Shown here: piece after piece, positions 11,301-20,456 of the stretch | How positions within the stretch are numbered: position 1 is the first letter of the stretch | Layout of the letters: every line of letters starts with the position of its first letter | Assembly: GCA_032718475.1 (NCBI GenBank) | Contig: JAUCBJ010008833.1 | Coordinates: 1-35,145 of the forward strand | DNA: 35,145 nt | Origin: Nemertoderma westbladi | Taxonomy: Eukaryota; Animalia; Xenacoelomorpha | Reading direction: 5' to 3' | Notes under the pieces: generated by a model | What the model was told of the DNA's origin: nothing | The model's database searches: none | What the model saw: only the letters and a program-made list of their open reading frames with translations | Program-made: the position numbers and the translations under genes

Positions 11301-12530
11301 GTTCATTCTGGACTTTTATTTTATAATGATCGGATTGTGGTTCCAACGAGTTTACGAGATAATGTATTGGGTATGTTACATGGTGATCACGTGGGTAAAT
11401 CAGTGATGATTGAACGAGCCAAGCATTATATATTCTGGCCTGGTGTTAATCGCGCCATTGAACTGTATGCCAAGTCTTGTGAGCCATGTGCTAAGTTTAA
11501 TTCCGCTAATAAGAAAGTAGTGGAGCCATTATTTCAAACCACCAAACCATTTGAGCGAGTTCATATTGACCTTGGTGAAATATGTAGTAAGCAGATTCTA
11601 GTCTGTGTTGATTCATTTTCGTTGTGGCCTGAAGTTTATGTGTGTGGCCCAACAGCAAACTCTTCTCGAGTTGTACAGCTGATGGAGAGATTTATTGCAA
11701 CTTATGGTATTTGCAACATGTTATTTTCTGATAATGGTCCACAATTTGCTTCGACTGAATTTAACTTGTTTTGCAAACATTATGGTATTGCTCATGATGA
11801 TAATCCAGCTCCTTACCACCCAAATTCAAATGGAGCTGCTGAGCGACAAGTGCAGTATATTAAAAAGGGGTTGAGGAAGATCATGACAGCTGCAAGCACT
11901 AATATTACATCCGCTGTCAATCGATTTTTGTTAGAGATTCGAAGCGCTCCACGACGTTGTCTAGATAACAAGTCACCATCTGATATGATATATTCTTACA
12001 AGTTTCGTTCGGTCTTAGATGGTCTGACTGAGAAACGGGAACCATATATATTCACTGCAATATCAGAAAAGTTTCAGCAGAATGATGCAGTATATGTCAA
12101 AGTATACAATTATGGTAAGGCAACATGGATGGCTGGTCGAATTGAAAGTCAGATATCTCCAACGATGTTCCGTGTTAGAGTCGGTGATGTAGTGGTTCGC
12201 CGTCACATTGATCAATTAAAGGTGAGAGAAACTCCCTTTTCACGCGATTTTCCAGATATGGTGAGTGATGAACATGATGCTATAGCCCAATCTCCATCAC
12301 CCCGGCCTAGGGCTATGTATTCATCATCTGGTGGTGGTATCCCTCCAAATCCTGGAGCTTCTACCCTTACTACTGAGCAAAGCTCTGGTCATCCATCATC
12401 GATGCCTGTTATTCCGGTTGGTGGTTCTAGTCAAACTGTGGAATCGCAAGTGACGTCATTGGTTACCCCAGCAACTGTTAAAAGATACCCCCAGCGATCA
12501 AATCGGGGAAAGCCACCAGACCGACTGTAA
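8355..12530 (+). CDS. Gag-Pol polyprotein in a single uninterrupted ORF (~1391 aa from the first ATG)
   Basis: Two CCHC knuckles (CFRCGRNGHTPYTC, CHNCNHKGHISPVC), protease LDEGAD, RT KLDLKSAYHQ / RLPYG / IIDD, RNase H TSDGG / DREA / VDNRAL, integrase HHCC and HIDL / SDNGPQF / SNGAAER. Confidence 0.96.
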   Translation: MAAAHQQVNQNVTRLFLPYDGNANNFRTFLDTAKTALDLAIPEIQRNNGESDQEYQVRLDNREIKMSKFFLVNCGIQVAKKANQLTLPVEPTTVKFSELERLLRRYIEPVRNIPRERAIFFRLKQTSSESVQDFVARISESAARCEFHADDCETNMKAVFLDGIVNTDARDVILASGQKTYLEMQDIVFNFELNAVQSKMNKLTFGKTKPKSGSCSFRPGRPKSTPNKDVKSGNSSDKECFRCGRNGHTPYTCRYKDAVCHNCNHKGHISPVCKKPKKGSQQGNGKINTVEAGADDNSLEVNSLFFGVVNCTQTISKPPPLMVKVDIYGKFIEFQLDEGADFAVMNEDYFRSQFPNHEVKNASKYVLTGFFNGTSRASGLVSVKMKVNGHSFIGELLLLKEPIYPLFGRNLVFAANVGVDALLDARQTQLNTGNCYVRKVSESLACVNTNHEQITAKIALYSDVFEGTGLIKMQPVDLGFEESFCSIRHKVRSVPISLREKTVEVLEQEVRDGKYIKVSESNCASPVVIVPKPDGNVRVCGDYSMSINAQMKNVIVPIPTFDDVVNNLPPKICYISKLDLKSAYHQIPISENSQKKLTIITPIGLLQPTRLPYGVKPGTAICQVTVQNLFGDIPGVQPIIDDILITSATIDEHLRSLELVFQRCRERKVVLQANKCEFLKSSVSFFGHEVSIEGIRPDKRRVEALLALQPPISNVKNLKKFVQSLLGQFNYLRRFVPNFASICQPLYTLLKDDSEHNWSSEQDEALNKLKEAIAKQTLLNYFDPTATTVVTSDGGPGGVGAVLSQRRPGSDEEIIAFASATIPKAQIYMHQQDREAYAIHFACSYFSDYLLGRKFILKVDNRALEYILKSDRKLPAVTLSKLHRWRIDLLQYNFTTERVTSESNEADIFSRSPLERDVTEELVPVRAIEIRAAQILNDVPINRQDLEQETQEDVELSSVIKQVLDGVNVTNKIYRTMSDQLSVHSGLLFYNDRIVVPTSLRDNVLGMLHGDHVGKSVMIERAKHYIFWPGVNRAIELYAKSCEPCAKFNSANKKVVEPLFQTTKPFERVHIDLGEICSKQILVCVDSFSLWPEVYVCGPTANSSRVVQLMERFIATYGICNMLFSDNGPQFASTEFNLFCKHYGIAHDDNPAPYHPNSNGAAERQVQYIKKGLRKIMTAASTNITSAVNRFLLEIRSAPRRCLDNKSPSDMIYSYKFRSVLDGLTEKREPYIFTAISEKFQQNDAVYVKVYNYGKATWMAGRIESQISPTMFRVRVGDVVVRRHIDQLKVRETPFSRDFPDMVSDEHDAIAQSPSPRPRAMYSSSGGGIPPNPGASTLTTEQSSGHPSSMPVIPVGGSSQTVESQVTSLVTPATVKRYPQRSNRGKPPDRL

Positions 12531-12763
12531 AGTTCCTCAGCACAAAAAACTTGGTTCGCTATAAACTACTCATTGTGATTAATTCAAGAACTTTGAATAG
12601 AATTGAATCTACTTACAACTTTGATTAGAATTTATCTACTTACATTTAAATTTCTTACATTTAAATTGAACTAAGTCAGGATTGTATACTTATAGTTAGC
12701 GCCCTGACTATTAACTCCTATTGAAAATTGTTTCTACATATGTATATGTCTCAATTATTTTTT

Positions 12764-12770
12764 GGGGGAG
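12764..12770 (+). promoter_or_regulatory. Polypurine tract
   Basis: GGGGGAG follows a T-run and lies 3 nt before the 3' LTR. Confidence 0.85.
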
Positions 12771-12773
12771 TAT

Positions 12774-12969
12774 TGATGTAGATTTGTATTGTCACATTAT
12801 TAGGTATAGAAAGTAGGCCATGGCCACTTCTAGATATGATGTCAGATATACTACAGTACTGATATTCAGTAAATATATGTGGACAGCTTGACAGTCTGTA
12901 GCCTATTATCATGGTTGTTCTTACAATACCGATACCGGTATTATAGTTGTATACACTTGGTCTACAACA
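12774..12969 (+). repeat. 3' LTR
   Basis: Identical to 7921-8116. Confidence 0.97.
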
Positions 12970-13208
12970 AAGGCCACGCGAAAATTCAACTTGGAAAATT
13001 TCTAAACTTTGGCCAGACTATATGTGTACCAAGTTTGGTTAAATTTCATTAACATTTGGTACTCAATAATTGTGCCGCTTTAATTACGTTTAGATCAATT
13101 AAAGACACATTTATTAAAGCAAATCACTTGAACTAATTAAGAACTATAATAGAATGGGGTATGTGGATTACATCTGTATAGTTTTTGAGTATAATTATTT
13201 AAATCTTA

Positions 13209-13279
13209 ATAATAATAATAATAATAATAATATTTATTTATAACGCGCCCTATCAGTTAGTACAAGTTGTTCAGGGCGC
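13209..13279 (-). mobile_element. Extremely 5'-truncated LINE/SINE 3' tail (L2/CR1-type stem-loop plus (ATT)n)
   Basis: The reverse complement reads GCGCCCT...AGGGCGC stem, AATAAA, (ATT)n. It is flanked by the duplication AATCTTA and is absent from the homologous repeat at ~21720. Confidence 0.75.
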
Positions 13280-13532
13280 AATCTTATACTGTAAAATAAT
13301 TAATTTCCTTTAAAAGGCAGGTTGAAAATGGTGTTTTTACCGTAATTAACTTAATTAACTAATTACATTTTTTTGCCTTAATTTTGTTGTTTTTGCCAAA
13401 CAACATGTGCACCAAGTTTGGATAGATTTCATCAAAGATTGGCCGAGTTATTAACGTTTAAAATTGAACACTGCAAAAAAAGCGACAGATCAACAGAACG
13501 ACAGATCAACAGAACGACAGATCAACAGAACG

Positions 13533-13703
13533 ACAGGTTGATTAATGGTACCACTACGCTAAGGCTCACTCACTTCGAGGCTCGCCCCACAGGTTGATTA
13601 ATGGTACCACTACGCTAAGGCTCACTCACTTCGAGACTCGCCCCACAGGTTGATTAAAGGTACCACTACGCTAAGGCTCACTCACTTCGTGGTTCGCCCC
13701 ACA
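13533..13703. repeat. Three tandem 56-bp copies of the HINE-like terminus
   Basis: ACAGGTTGATTAATGGTACCACTACGCTAAGGCTCACTCACTTCG(A/T)GGCTCGCCCC x3, preceded by a 16-bp GACAGATCAACAGAAC x3. Confidence 0.9.
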
Positions 13704-13998
13704 ACAGATCAACAGAACAACAGACACACCGATTGAGTTAGTGGTACCTGTATGCTAAGCTCGCTTACTTTCGTCGCTCGCCCCACAACGCAAATAAATG
13801 TTTCACTTATTAGTAGGCCTACACCCGTATTTAACACGAGTAGGTTAGTGCAGTACGAGAGGCATGTTTTTAACGGAATTCAACGATTTTAATATCTAAT
13901 TTTTGCCTCAACGTGATTACTGAAGTAATAATAATAATAAGAGTTGTATTAATATTTAGTAGGCCTATCATCATGCTGTTTCTAATAACTGACACAAG

Positions 13999-14010
13999 AT
14001 GGCGCGTACT
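13999..14010 (+). CDS. Predicted first coding micro-exon (MART) of the RTP-like gene, copy A
   Basis: CAAGATGGCG start context is followed by a consensus GTAAGT donor at 14011. It joins in phase 0 to the TTTTAG|G acceptor at 14543/14544. Confidence 0.6.
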
Positions 14011-14543
14011 GTAAGTTATATTACTGTACCTTCCAGAGAAATTATCTTTTTTCTAAGGAATTTCTGTCCATTTCCCGGTTAGCAAACAATTCAAACATAT
14101 CGATAAGAATTGGATCTGACGCGTCATGCAGCGAACAACTAACCAGAGAGAAATCAGCATATTATTTGTCATATTAAAATCCACATTACAATCACTTATT
14201 TTAGATGTTGTATTATATTAGTAGGCCTTCATACTGTTATATAATCTTTATTTCGCAAAAAAGAAAATTCATGTTAAAATTTACAGAGTAGGCCTAATTA
14301 TTACGTTAATACAGTAGTTACAATTAATTATTAAAATACGGCAGTTTTGACTTTTTTGAACTTTTTTGAACACGGCAGTTCAATGATATAATATACAGTT
14401 TATAAATAATAATTAATACTATAATTAGCATTGAAATATAAAATATTAGGATACTTTTTATTTCCCGTTGCTCCACTACTGAGTGAGGGATTTTGTATTG
14501 GGAACACTGTACTTTAGTAGGTAGGCATACTCCAGAGTTTTAG

Positions 14544-15155
14544 GTCATACCAAACAGTTCGAATATTGTTTCAATGGCTTCGAATAGCCGAAATATTTCT
14601 GTTTGGAAAACCTCATTCCAACGTTACGTCTGCATAGTTTCGGATCGTCAAGCGAGAATGGAAAGATTTCCGCGGAGTAACTGGAGCAAATTTACCTGTC
14701 GGAAGATGTGCGGGGCGTTTAAATGCCCCGGATGTCGGAGAAAATGGGATTCCGGGAAGTGCATCGCGGAAATACAATATAGATACAACCCGGAGGATAA
14801 AAGGGGGGAAATACGGATAGAACGAGAATTTGGACAAAAGTGCCAACGGTGTCCAGATAATTATATTCCTCCTCAACTTTATCAAATGTCTACAGATTCT
14901 GCGATGGAAGAGGTCTTTATTAAGATTAAAACTCGTTTCTATGACAGGGATTATTCTCCCCGTCCCGTTGTTGATGCCGACATTGGAAGTCACTTCCAAC
15001 GGGGTGCGGTAGGTCACGATAGCGCCAACTGTGAAGGGTGTGAGCTTGGGGTCTGTGAGAGAGGTTTCGCACAGGGTCACACAGAAAGACATGCTGCTAA
15101 GTTTAAAAGTGGCAAAACTCAGTTGAAAATAGTTAATTGGGTGTTTATTGGGTAA
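14544..15155 (+). CDS. zf-3CxxC domain protein (receptor-transporting-protein/RTP-like), copy A main exon; in-exon ATG at 14574
   Basis: Motifs GAFKCPGCRRKWDS, FGQKCQRC and GHDSANCEGCELGVC match the RTP/ZAR1 3CxxC zinc-binding pattern. There is no C-terminal TM helix. Confidence 0.85.
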   Translation, partial: VIPNSSNIVSMASNSRNISVWKTSFQRYVCIVSDRQARMERFPRSNWSKFTCRKMCGAFKCPGCRRKWDSGKCIAEIQYRYNPEDKRGEIRIEREFGQKCQRCPDNYIPPQLYQMSTDSAMEEVFIKIKTRFYDRDYSPRPVVDADIGSHFQRGAVGHDSANCEGCELGVCERGFAQGHTERHAAKFKSGKTQLKIVNWVFIG

Positions 15156-15535
15156 TAATTTGTAGAACAAATTTTATCAATATACAGTAGGCCTACAATA
15201 TATTAATAATTTTGGTTTGGATTTGAGATATAAAACTGAAGATGACATATTTGTAGGCCTACACGGAATGATGAATTTATTGTTTGTGTTTGTCCGTAGA
15301 AAACGTAATGTTTTTATATTTTGCAATTAATGTTAGTGTATATTCAATCATTGTTTCATTACTACTGTAAATCAACATCTGATAGTCGGTAATCTGATTG
15401 ATGATATTATTAATAATGATAACGTTTTTCTTAAAGAGGAAATTCAGCACTACGAAATTCAGCCCAATCTAGATTATTCCCTATAAGAAATTGACTGTCA
15501 TAGTGTCATAAGAAACATTTACAATGTAATGTACA

Positions 15536-16812
15536 CGATCGTGGGGCCTTCGCGCAGCACGATACTCCAAGTACTGTACCGAGTTTGGTTTAATTTAATG
15601 TGTGATTGACCGACTTACTTCGGTTTTTATTAATGCCGACTACCGGTACCGACTGACACCTTTTCCACTTTTGACCAAACTTCAGATTCTTTCTAAAGTT
15701 TTGACTGACTGCATACGTACCTACCAAGGTTGGTTTAATTTCAGTAATTATTGTTTGCGTTCAAGAACAGCACTCGCAGCCAAAAAAACCGATGAAAAAA
15801 AGGAATTTATATTTTCAAAAAAAAAGGAAGAAAAGGATAGGATGCAGTTCAAAAAAAGGACAAAAAGGATCGGATACGGTTCAAAAAAAGGGAAAAACTG
15901 AATTGATATTATCTTTAAAAAAAGGATAGTAAACATTATATTTCATTAACCTTTGTCTATTAAGAAACGTCACTGTATGTTTCTAATTTTCAACCTTTTT
16001 GCCTAGTTATCAGACATGGTTCAGCTCGGCCGATTGATGGTTATTGATAGAGGTTATCAAACTCTTGTAAATATAACTTTAGTTTGAAAGTGATATAAAA
16101 ACTTTGGTACGGATTTCCGGTCGTGGCTACATTTATATAAATAACAAAAATGCTTTAAGACGCATTCAAAATTCAACCATCTTCAAGGGAAAACGGATAC
16201 AAATAACAGCTGATTACGAGCAAAAATGAAACTGGAACCGTGTAATCAGTTTTCTTATTATTGTTTTGGTTAGAATAGACTGCCACTGCAACCAGTTCCT
16301 TTCCCTTCCTTTCCTTTCCAGTTCCTTCCTAAATTGAAAATCAACATTGTTGATTCACCAATGTGGGTTTTGTGTCAATTATAATATATTCCCACTCAGA
16401 AAATAAATATATTAAAGTTCCCTCCACTGCTACATTTTTATGGTAGCTTAGCTTGTGATTTTTGTCAAAATAAACATACTCAAAATAAAAATCTGCATTA
16501 TTACCGTATTATGCCCGTCAATCTCTGTTATAACCTTGTCAATATAATCAGCAAGCTGAAGTTGATCTTCTGAACTGTAAAAGATGAAAAAAATGTGTGA
16601 AAATGAACAAAAAAATGGAACAAAGTTTCTAAACTTTCCCTCTACTACTTACTTTCTAGGTTTGGTTCAATTCCGAGCCAGCGATGCCGAGAAATTCGCG
16701 TTCAAACATTTACCAAACAGACAGACGGACAGACAGACGGACGAAAGGACATGCACCATTTGTTTTATATGTACCGTATACCACCGACTACGTGTCTCGC
16801 CCCAGCCCCACA
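15536..16812. mobile_element. HINE-like element within duplication copy A
   Basis: Starts CGATCGTGGGGCCTTCGCGCAGCACGA, has an ACAGACAGACGG microsatellite, and ends GCCCCACA. Confidence 0.6.
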
Positions 16813-18085
16813 GAGTATGAAGGTCTGCTAACTAAACTGTAGGCCTAGCCTACTGCTACTTAACATTAGGTCATCAAAAAAAAGTAATTGGAACTGGCGG
16901 TTGTTGTGACGATTGTTCACAAGTTGCTGAAGAATTGTATAAAATGTTAATGCGTGCGTGTAGGCCGGCTTACACATTTAAAACTTTTGTGCAAATAGAT
17001 AAAAATTTATGTAATGTGTGCGTGTGGCCTAATAAATTATTATCTCGTATTTTATTTTTTGCAAGTTTTAACGCCTGAACGGGGGTTAATACTACAAATC
17101 CATTTTAATAATGATGAAACAAAACGGTGGAACAAGCATACCACACCACATATACATAATTATACATTAATTGTTACAAATTGCCACAATAGCAGTTATT
17201 TAAATACTGTGCAAAAACAGGGTGGAGTAGTTTATTAATTAATAATATAAATTAATGACCGACCCGGTAAAGCAATTTATCCCTAAAGTGCGAGTGACTT
17301 TTTTCACAAAATTGGTAATAATTAATGGATAGTTCTGAAAGAGGACTATTACCGAAAGCAACCGATAAAGTTATCGAAAAGGTTAAATAAAGTAGGGGTG
17401 AAATATATCCATTTAGATAGGGGGCACATTTCGCACTTTCAGGATTCGTAAACAAGTAGTCATAAACAAAAAAAGATACGAGCTATAATTCAGATAATTG
17501 AAGTACAATTTGAAATATTCTTTCGCGAAATATAAATGCACTGTCACAGTAAGGGCTTACTTATAGTGCGAGTGCAAAGCAGCACTGTTAGTAAGCAGCT
17601 CTTAGAAAAACTAACTAATCACTACTTCCTGATTGGTTTTAAACTGGGTACCTAGCAACGCCATCAGCTGATTTCAAAATGCCTTATACTTTGTAATTAT
17701 AGGGGCCCTTAAAAATACTATTTTTTGACATATTTCTCGACATAATTTTGGTATATTATTAGAATGTGAATCTTAATAAAGTTGGTGCTTAATTTGATTT
17801 TGTTGGTGCATTAAAATATAAAATATTATTATACAGTAGTTTGACAGTCCCCACTACATTACTTTTGCTTTAATCTTAGTATAGACAGTCACTAAATTTC
17901 CTCCCGGATAATTACCACCCCCCCCCCCCCCCCCCCCATAATTGTACTTTGTTTTATACCGTAGTTAGAATACCTAGTACTGCCCTATGCCAGTTACCGG
18001 TGGTGTCTTTACTGCTTTTCGGTGTTTAAATATTTAAATTTTAGACGTTGAATAAAGGCCTGTTGGCCGCAATATACGTCATATA

Positions 18086-20309
18086 ACATAAGGATACTCC
18101 GACTCCGACGCCACGGCCGCAGTGGGATAAAACCACTGCAGAGGACCTGGAGAAATACAGGGCGGCCTCCGATGTTTACTTATCGCAAATCGAAATTCCT
18201 TGGGCGGCCCTTAAATGTAAGGATGCTCAGTGTTCTAATCATTTTAATGAATTGAATGATTTCGCTAATGATATCGAAGAATCGCTGAAACTGTCCTCAC
18301 ATGATACGATCCCGTATAGTTGTGGACATTCTGGAGTCGAGTCTCTACCTGGATGGAACGACATAGTCCGTGATTTACACCACGAGTCTAGGGATGCTTT
18401 TCTAGACTGGAAAGCTGACAGTTGCCCTCGTGACAATAGCGCATCGCACCGGCGGATGATACAAGCCCGTTCTCGGTTCAAACAGGCTGTAAGACACTGT
18501 AAACGCTCCGCTGACACAATTAGAAGCAATAAATTTGCGAAATCGCTTGAATCTGACAGTAGCTATAATTTCTGGAAAAAACTAAAAAAGGACACGCAGT
18601 GTAACACACCGCTAGCCACTAATATTGATGGCAATTGTGGAACAAAAAATATAGCCGATTTTTGGGGTAGTCATTATAAATCTATTTTTAACAACGGTAA
18701 GGGTGCTCCCATACTGGACAGTCTGTCTAATGAATTTAGTACAATCGTGTACTCCAAGGACATGGTTGTGCATACTGGCGATATTATTTCGGCAATTAAA
18801 TTACTTTCCACCCATAAAGCACCTGGAATAGATAACGTTTTTGGAGAACATGTGATATTTGCATCCGAAAAACTTTCAGTTTTACTAGCTATGCTATTTA
18901 CTTCCTGTAATGTGCATGGCTTTTTGCCTCAAGGTCTAATTACATCGGTTATTGTACCAATAATTAAGGACAAAAATTCGTCTACAGCAGACAAAGGTAA
19001 TTATCGCCCGATTTCTCTGTCTAGTATTTTTAGCAAATTATTTGAAATTGTATTCTTGGTGCGAATAGAAGTATTCCTATACACTACTGACAACCAATTC
19101 GGTTTTAAAAAAAAGCTAGGTACTGAGTTGTGCGTTTATTCCTTGAAGGAAACTATCAATCACTATTTGCTACATGGATCGAATGTATTTGTTGCTTACC
19201 TAGATGCCACTAAGGCATTTGATTACGTAGATCATAACGCACTATTTAGTAAACTGTGCGACCGTAAAATTCCCTTACATATAATTCGTGTTCTAGTATA
19301 TTGGTATATTAATCAACTTGTGTACGCGCGGTGGGGGGGGCACACTTCAGAGCCCTTTCGCTGTACTAACGGTGTTCGGCAAGGAAGTTTGGCCTCTCCT
19401 GTTTTCTTCAATATTTTTTTAAACGATCTATCCTTATCGCTAGGTAACAGTAACGTAGGCTGTCAAATAAATGGTAGACCTACCAATCACTTTGTGTACG
19501 CTGATGACCTTAATATAGTAGCAAATTCTCCATATGGTTTGCAAAAACTTATTGACATCTGTATCGATTTTGCAGGAAAAAATAATCTCGTATTTAATCT
19601 CGTAAAAAGTAAGTGTATGGTATTTCATAGTCGTTTGAGAGATAATAGTAATGTTTGTAGTACTTTTCGAATTGGTTCCAGAATCTTAGAAACAGTCACA
19701 TCTTTTAAGTACTTAGGCCATATAATTACCTCCGACTTTTGCGATGACACAGATATTAGACACCAAACCCGGTTATTTTATGCCAGATCTAACTCGTTAA
19801 TCAGGAAATTTTCAAAGTGCTCTTTCGATGTCAAATTACATCTTTTCAGATCTTATTGTACAAGTATCTACTGTAATGCCCTTTGGGCTGATGGATATCA
19901 CACACAGAGCGTTTTAAAGCGACTCTCAGTTGCTATAAACAATGCAGTACGTAAATTATTTGGGTTCACACCTTTTGATAGTGCTAGTGCAATGTTAGTC
20001 AGTCTCAATCTCAGATCGTTTGTGCATATTCATCGATTTTCACTATACTCTCTTTTCAATCGTGTAAGGTCATCTGATAACAAACTATTATCTTCAATTT
20101 ATTTTGGTTGCAAAGCCTCCTCTAAATTGTGGCAGTCTTACCTTTCGTTGCGGCTTTACCAACATAATTTAGAATCTATTTCATAGTATATATTTATATT
20201 AGCTTATATTAGTTTAAATTATTTAATTGCAGTTATACCATTTGTCCTATGTAATGTCTATGGGCCGTTGGGCCTGAATTAAAGATAATATATATATATA
20301 TATATATAT
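18086..20309 (+). mobile_element. 5'-truncated non-LTR retrotransposon (LINE; RTE-X-like, clade tentative)
   Basis: Absent from copy B, where the empty site is CGTCATATATATTTATT at ~30424. It ends ATTAAA-GATAA-(TA)n. Confidence 0.93.
18252..20186 (+). CDS. LINE ORF2 reverse transcriptase fragment; the frame is open back to the truncation point and the endonuclease is missing
   Basis: Motifs KAPGID, NYRPISL, QFGF, LDATKAFD, GVRQG, YADD and KYLG. There are no internal stops. Confidence 0.92.
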   Translation: MNDFANDIEESLKLSSHDTIPYSCGHSGVESLPGWNDIVRDLHHESRDAFLDWKADSCPRDNSASHRRMIQARSRFKQAVRHCKRSADTIRSNKFAKSLESDSSYNFWKKLKKDTQCNTPLATNIDGNCGTKNIADFWGSHYKSIFNNGKGAPILDSLSNEFSTIVYSKDMVVHTGDIISAIKLLSTHKAPGIDNVFGEHVIFASEKLSVLLAMLFTSCNVHGFLPQGLITSVIVPIIKDKNSSTADKGNYRPISLSSIFSKLFEIVFLVRIEVFLYTTDNQFGFKKKLGTELCVYSLKETINHYLLHGSNVFVAYLDATKAFDYVDHNALFSKLCDRKIPLHIIRVLVYWYINQLVYARWGGHTSEPFRCTNGVRQGSLASPVFFNIFLNDLSLSLGNSNVGCQINGRPTNHFVYADDLNIVANSPYGLQKLIDICIDFAGKNNLVFNLVKSKCMVFHSRLRDNSNVCSTFRIGSRILETVTSFKYLGHIITSDFCDDTDIRHQTRLFYARSNSLIRKFSKCSFDVKLHLFRSYCTSIYCNALWADGYHTQSVLKRLSVAINNAVRKLFGFTPFDSASAMLVSLNLRSFVHIHRFSLYSLFNRVRSSDNKLLSSIYFGCKASSKLWQSYLSLRLYQHNLESIS

Positions 20310-20456
20310 TTATTATTCTTGGTCACCTTTGGTCTTAATTTAAGCTTCAAATATAAATTAAAAATACTAGAGTACCTATGAGCCCTTAAAAAAACTATAA
20401 ACACTATTATTCATGATTGCATTTAAAGGAGTTATCAGGATGCAGTAAACTCTACA

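Larger units (their letters stand above)
7921..12969 (+). mobile_element. Full-length Ty3/Gypsy LTR retrotransposon (Mag-like architecture)
   Basis: Two identical 196-bp LTRs (TG..CA), a 4-bp TSD AAGG (7917-7920 and 12970-12973), PBS, PPT, and domain order PR-RT-RH-IN. Confidence 0.97.
7841..13787. mobile_element. Partial Helentron-associated (HINE/DINE-1-like) repeat interrupted by the Gypsy element
   Basis: 7841-7920 plus 12974 onward rejoin to match the uninterrupted copy at ~21755-21900. Core is TGTACCAAGTTTGG, with GACAG-type short repeats and terminus CTCGCCCCACA. Confidence 0.6.

Noticed and set aside
13533-13703. CRISPR-like array (also 21955-22125)
   Set aside because: The units are contiguous 56-bp tandem repeats with no unique spacers and no cas genes, in a eukaryotic context.
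14613-15170. 185-aa antisense ORF (and its copy at 26688-27245)
   Set aside because: It is a shadow of the zf-3CxxC exon, has a non-ATG start and shows no recognisable motifs.
15602-17455. Short ORFs repeated in both duplicates
   Set aside because: They are shared only through the duplication, several are frameshifted between copies, and they are low-complexity or repeat-derived.
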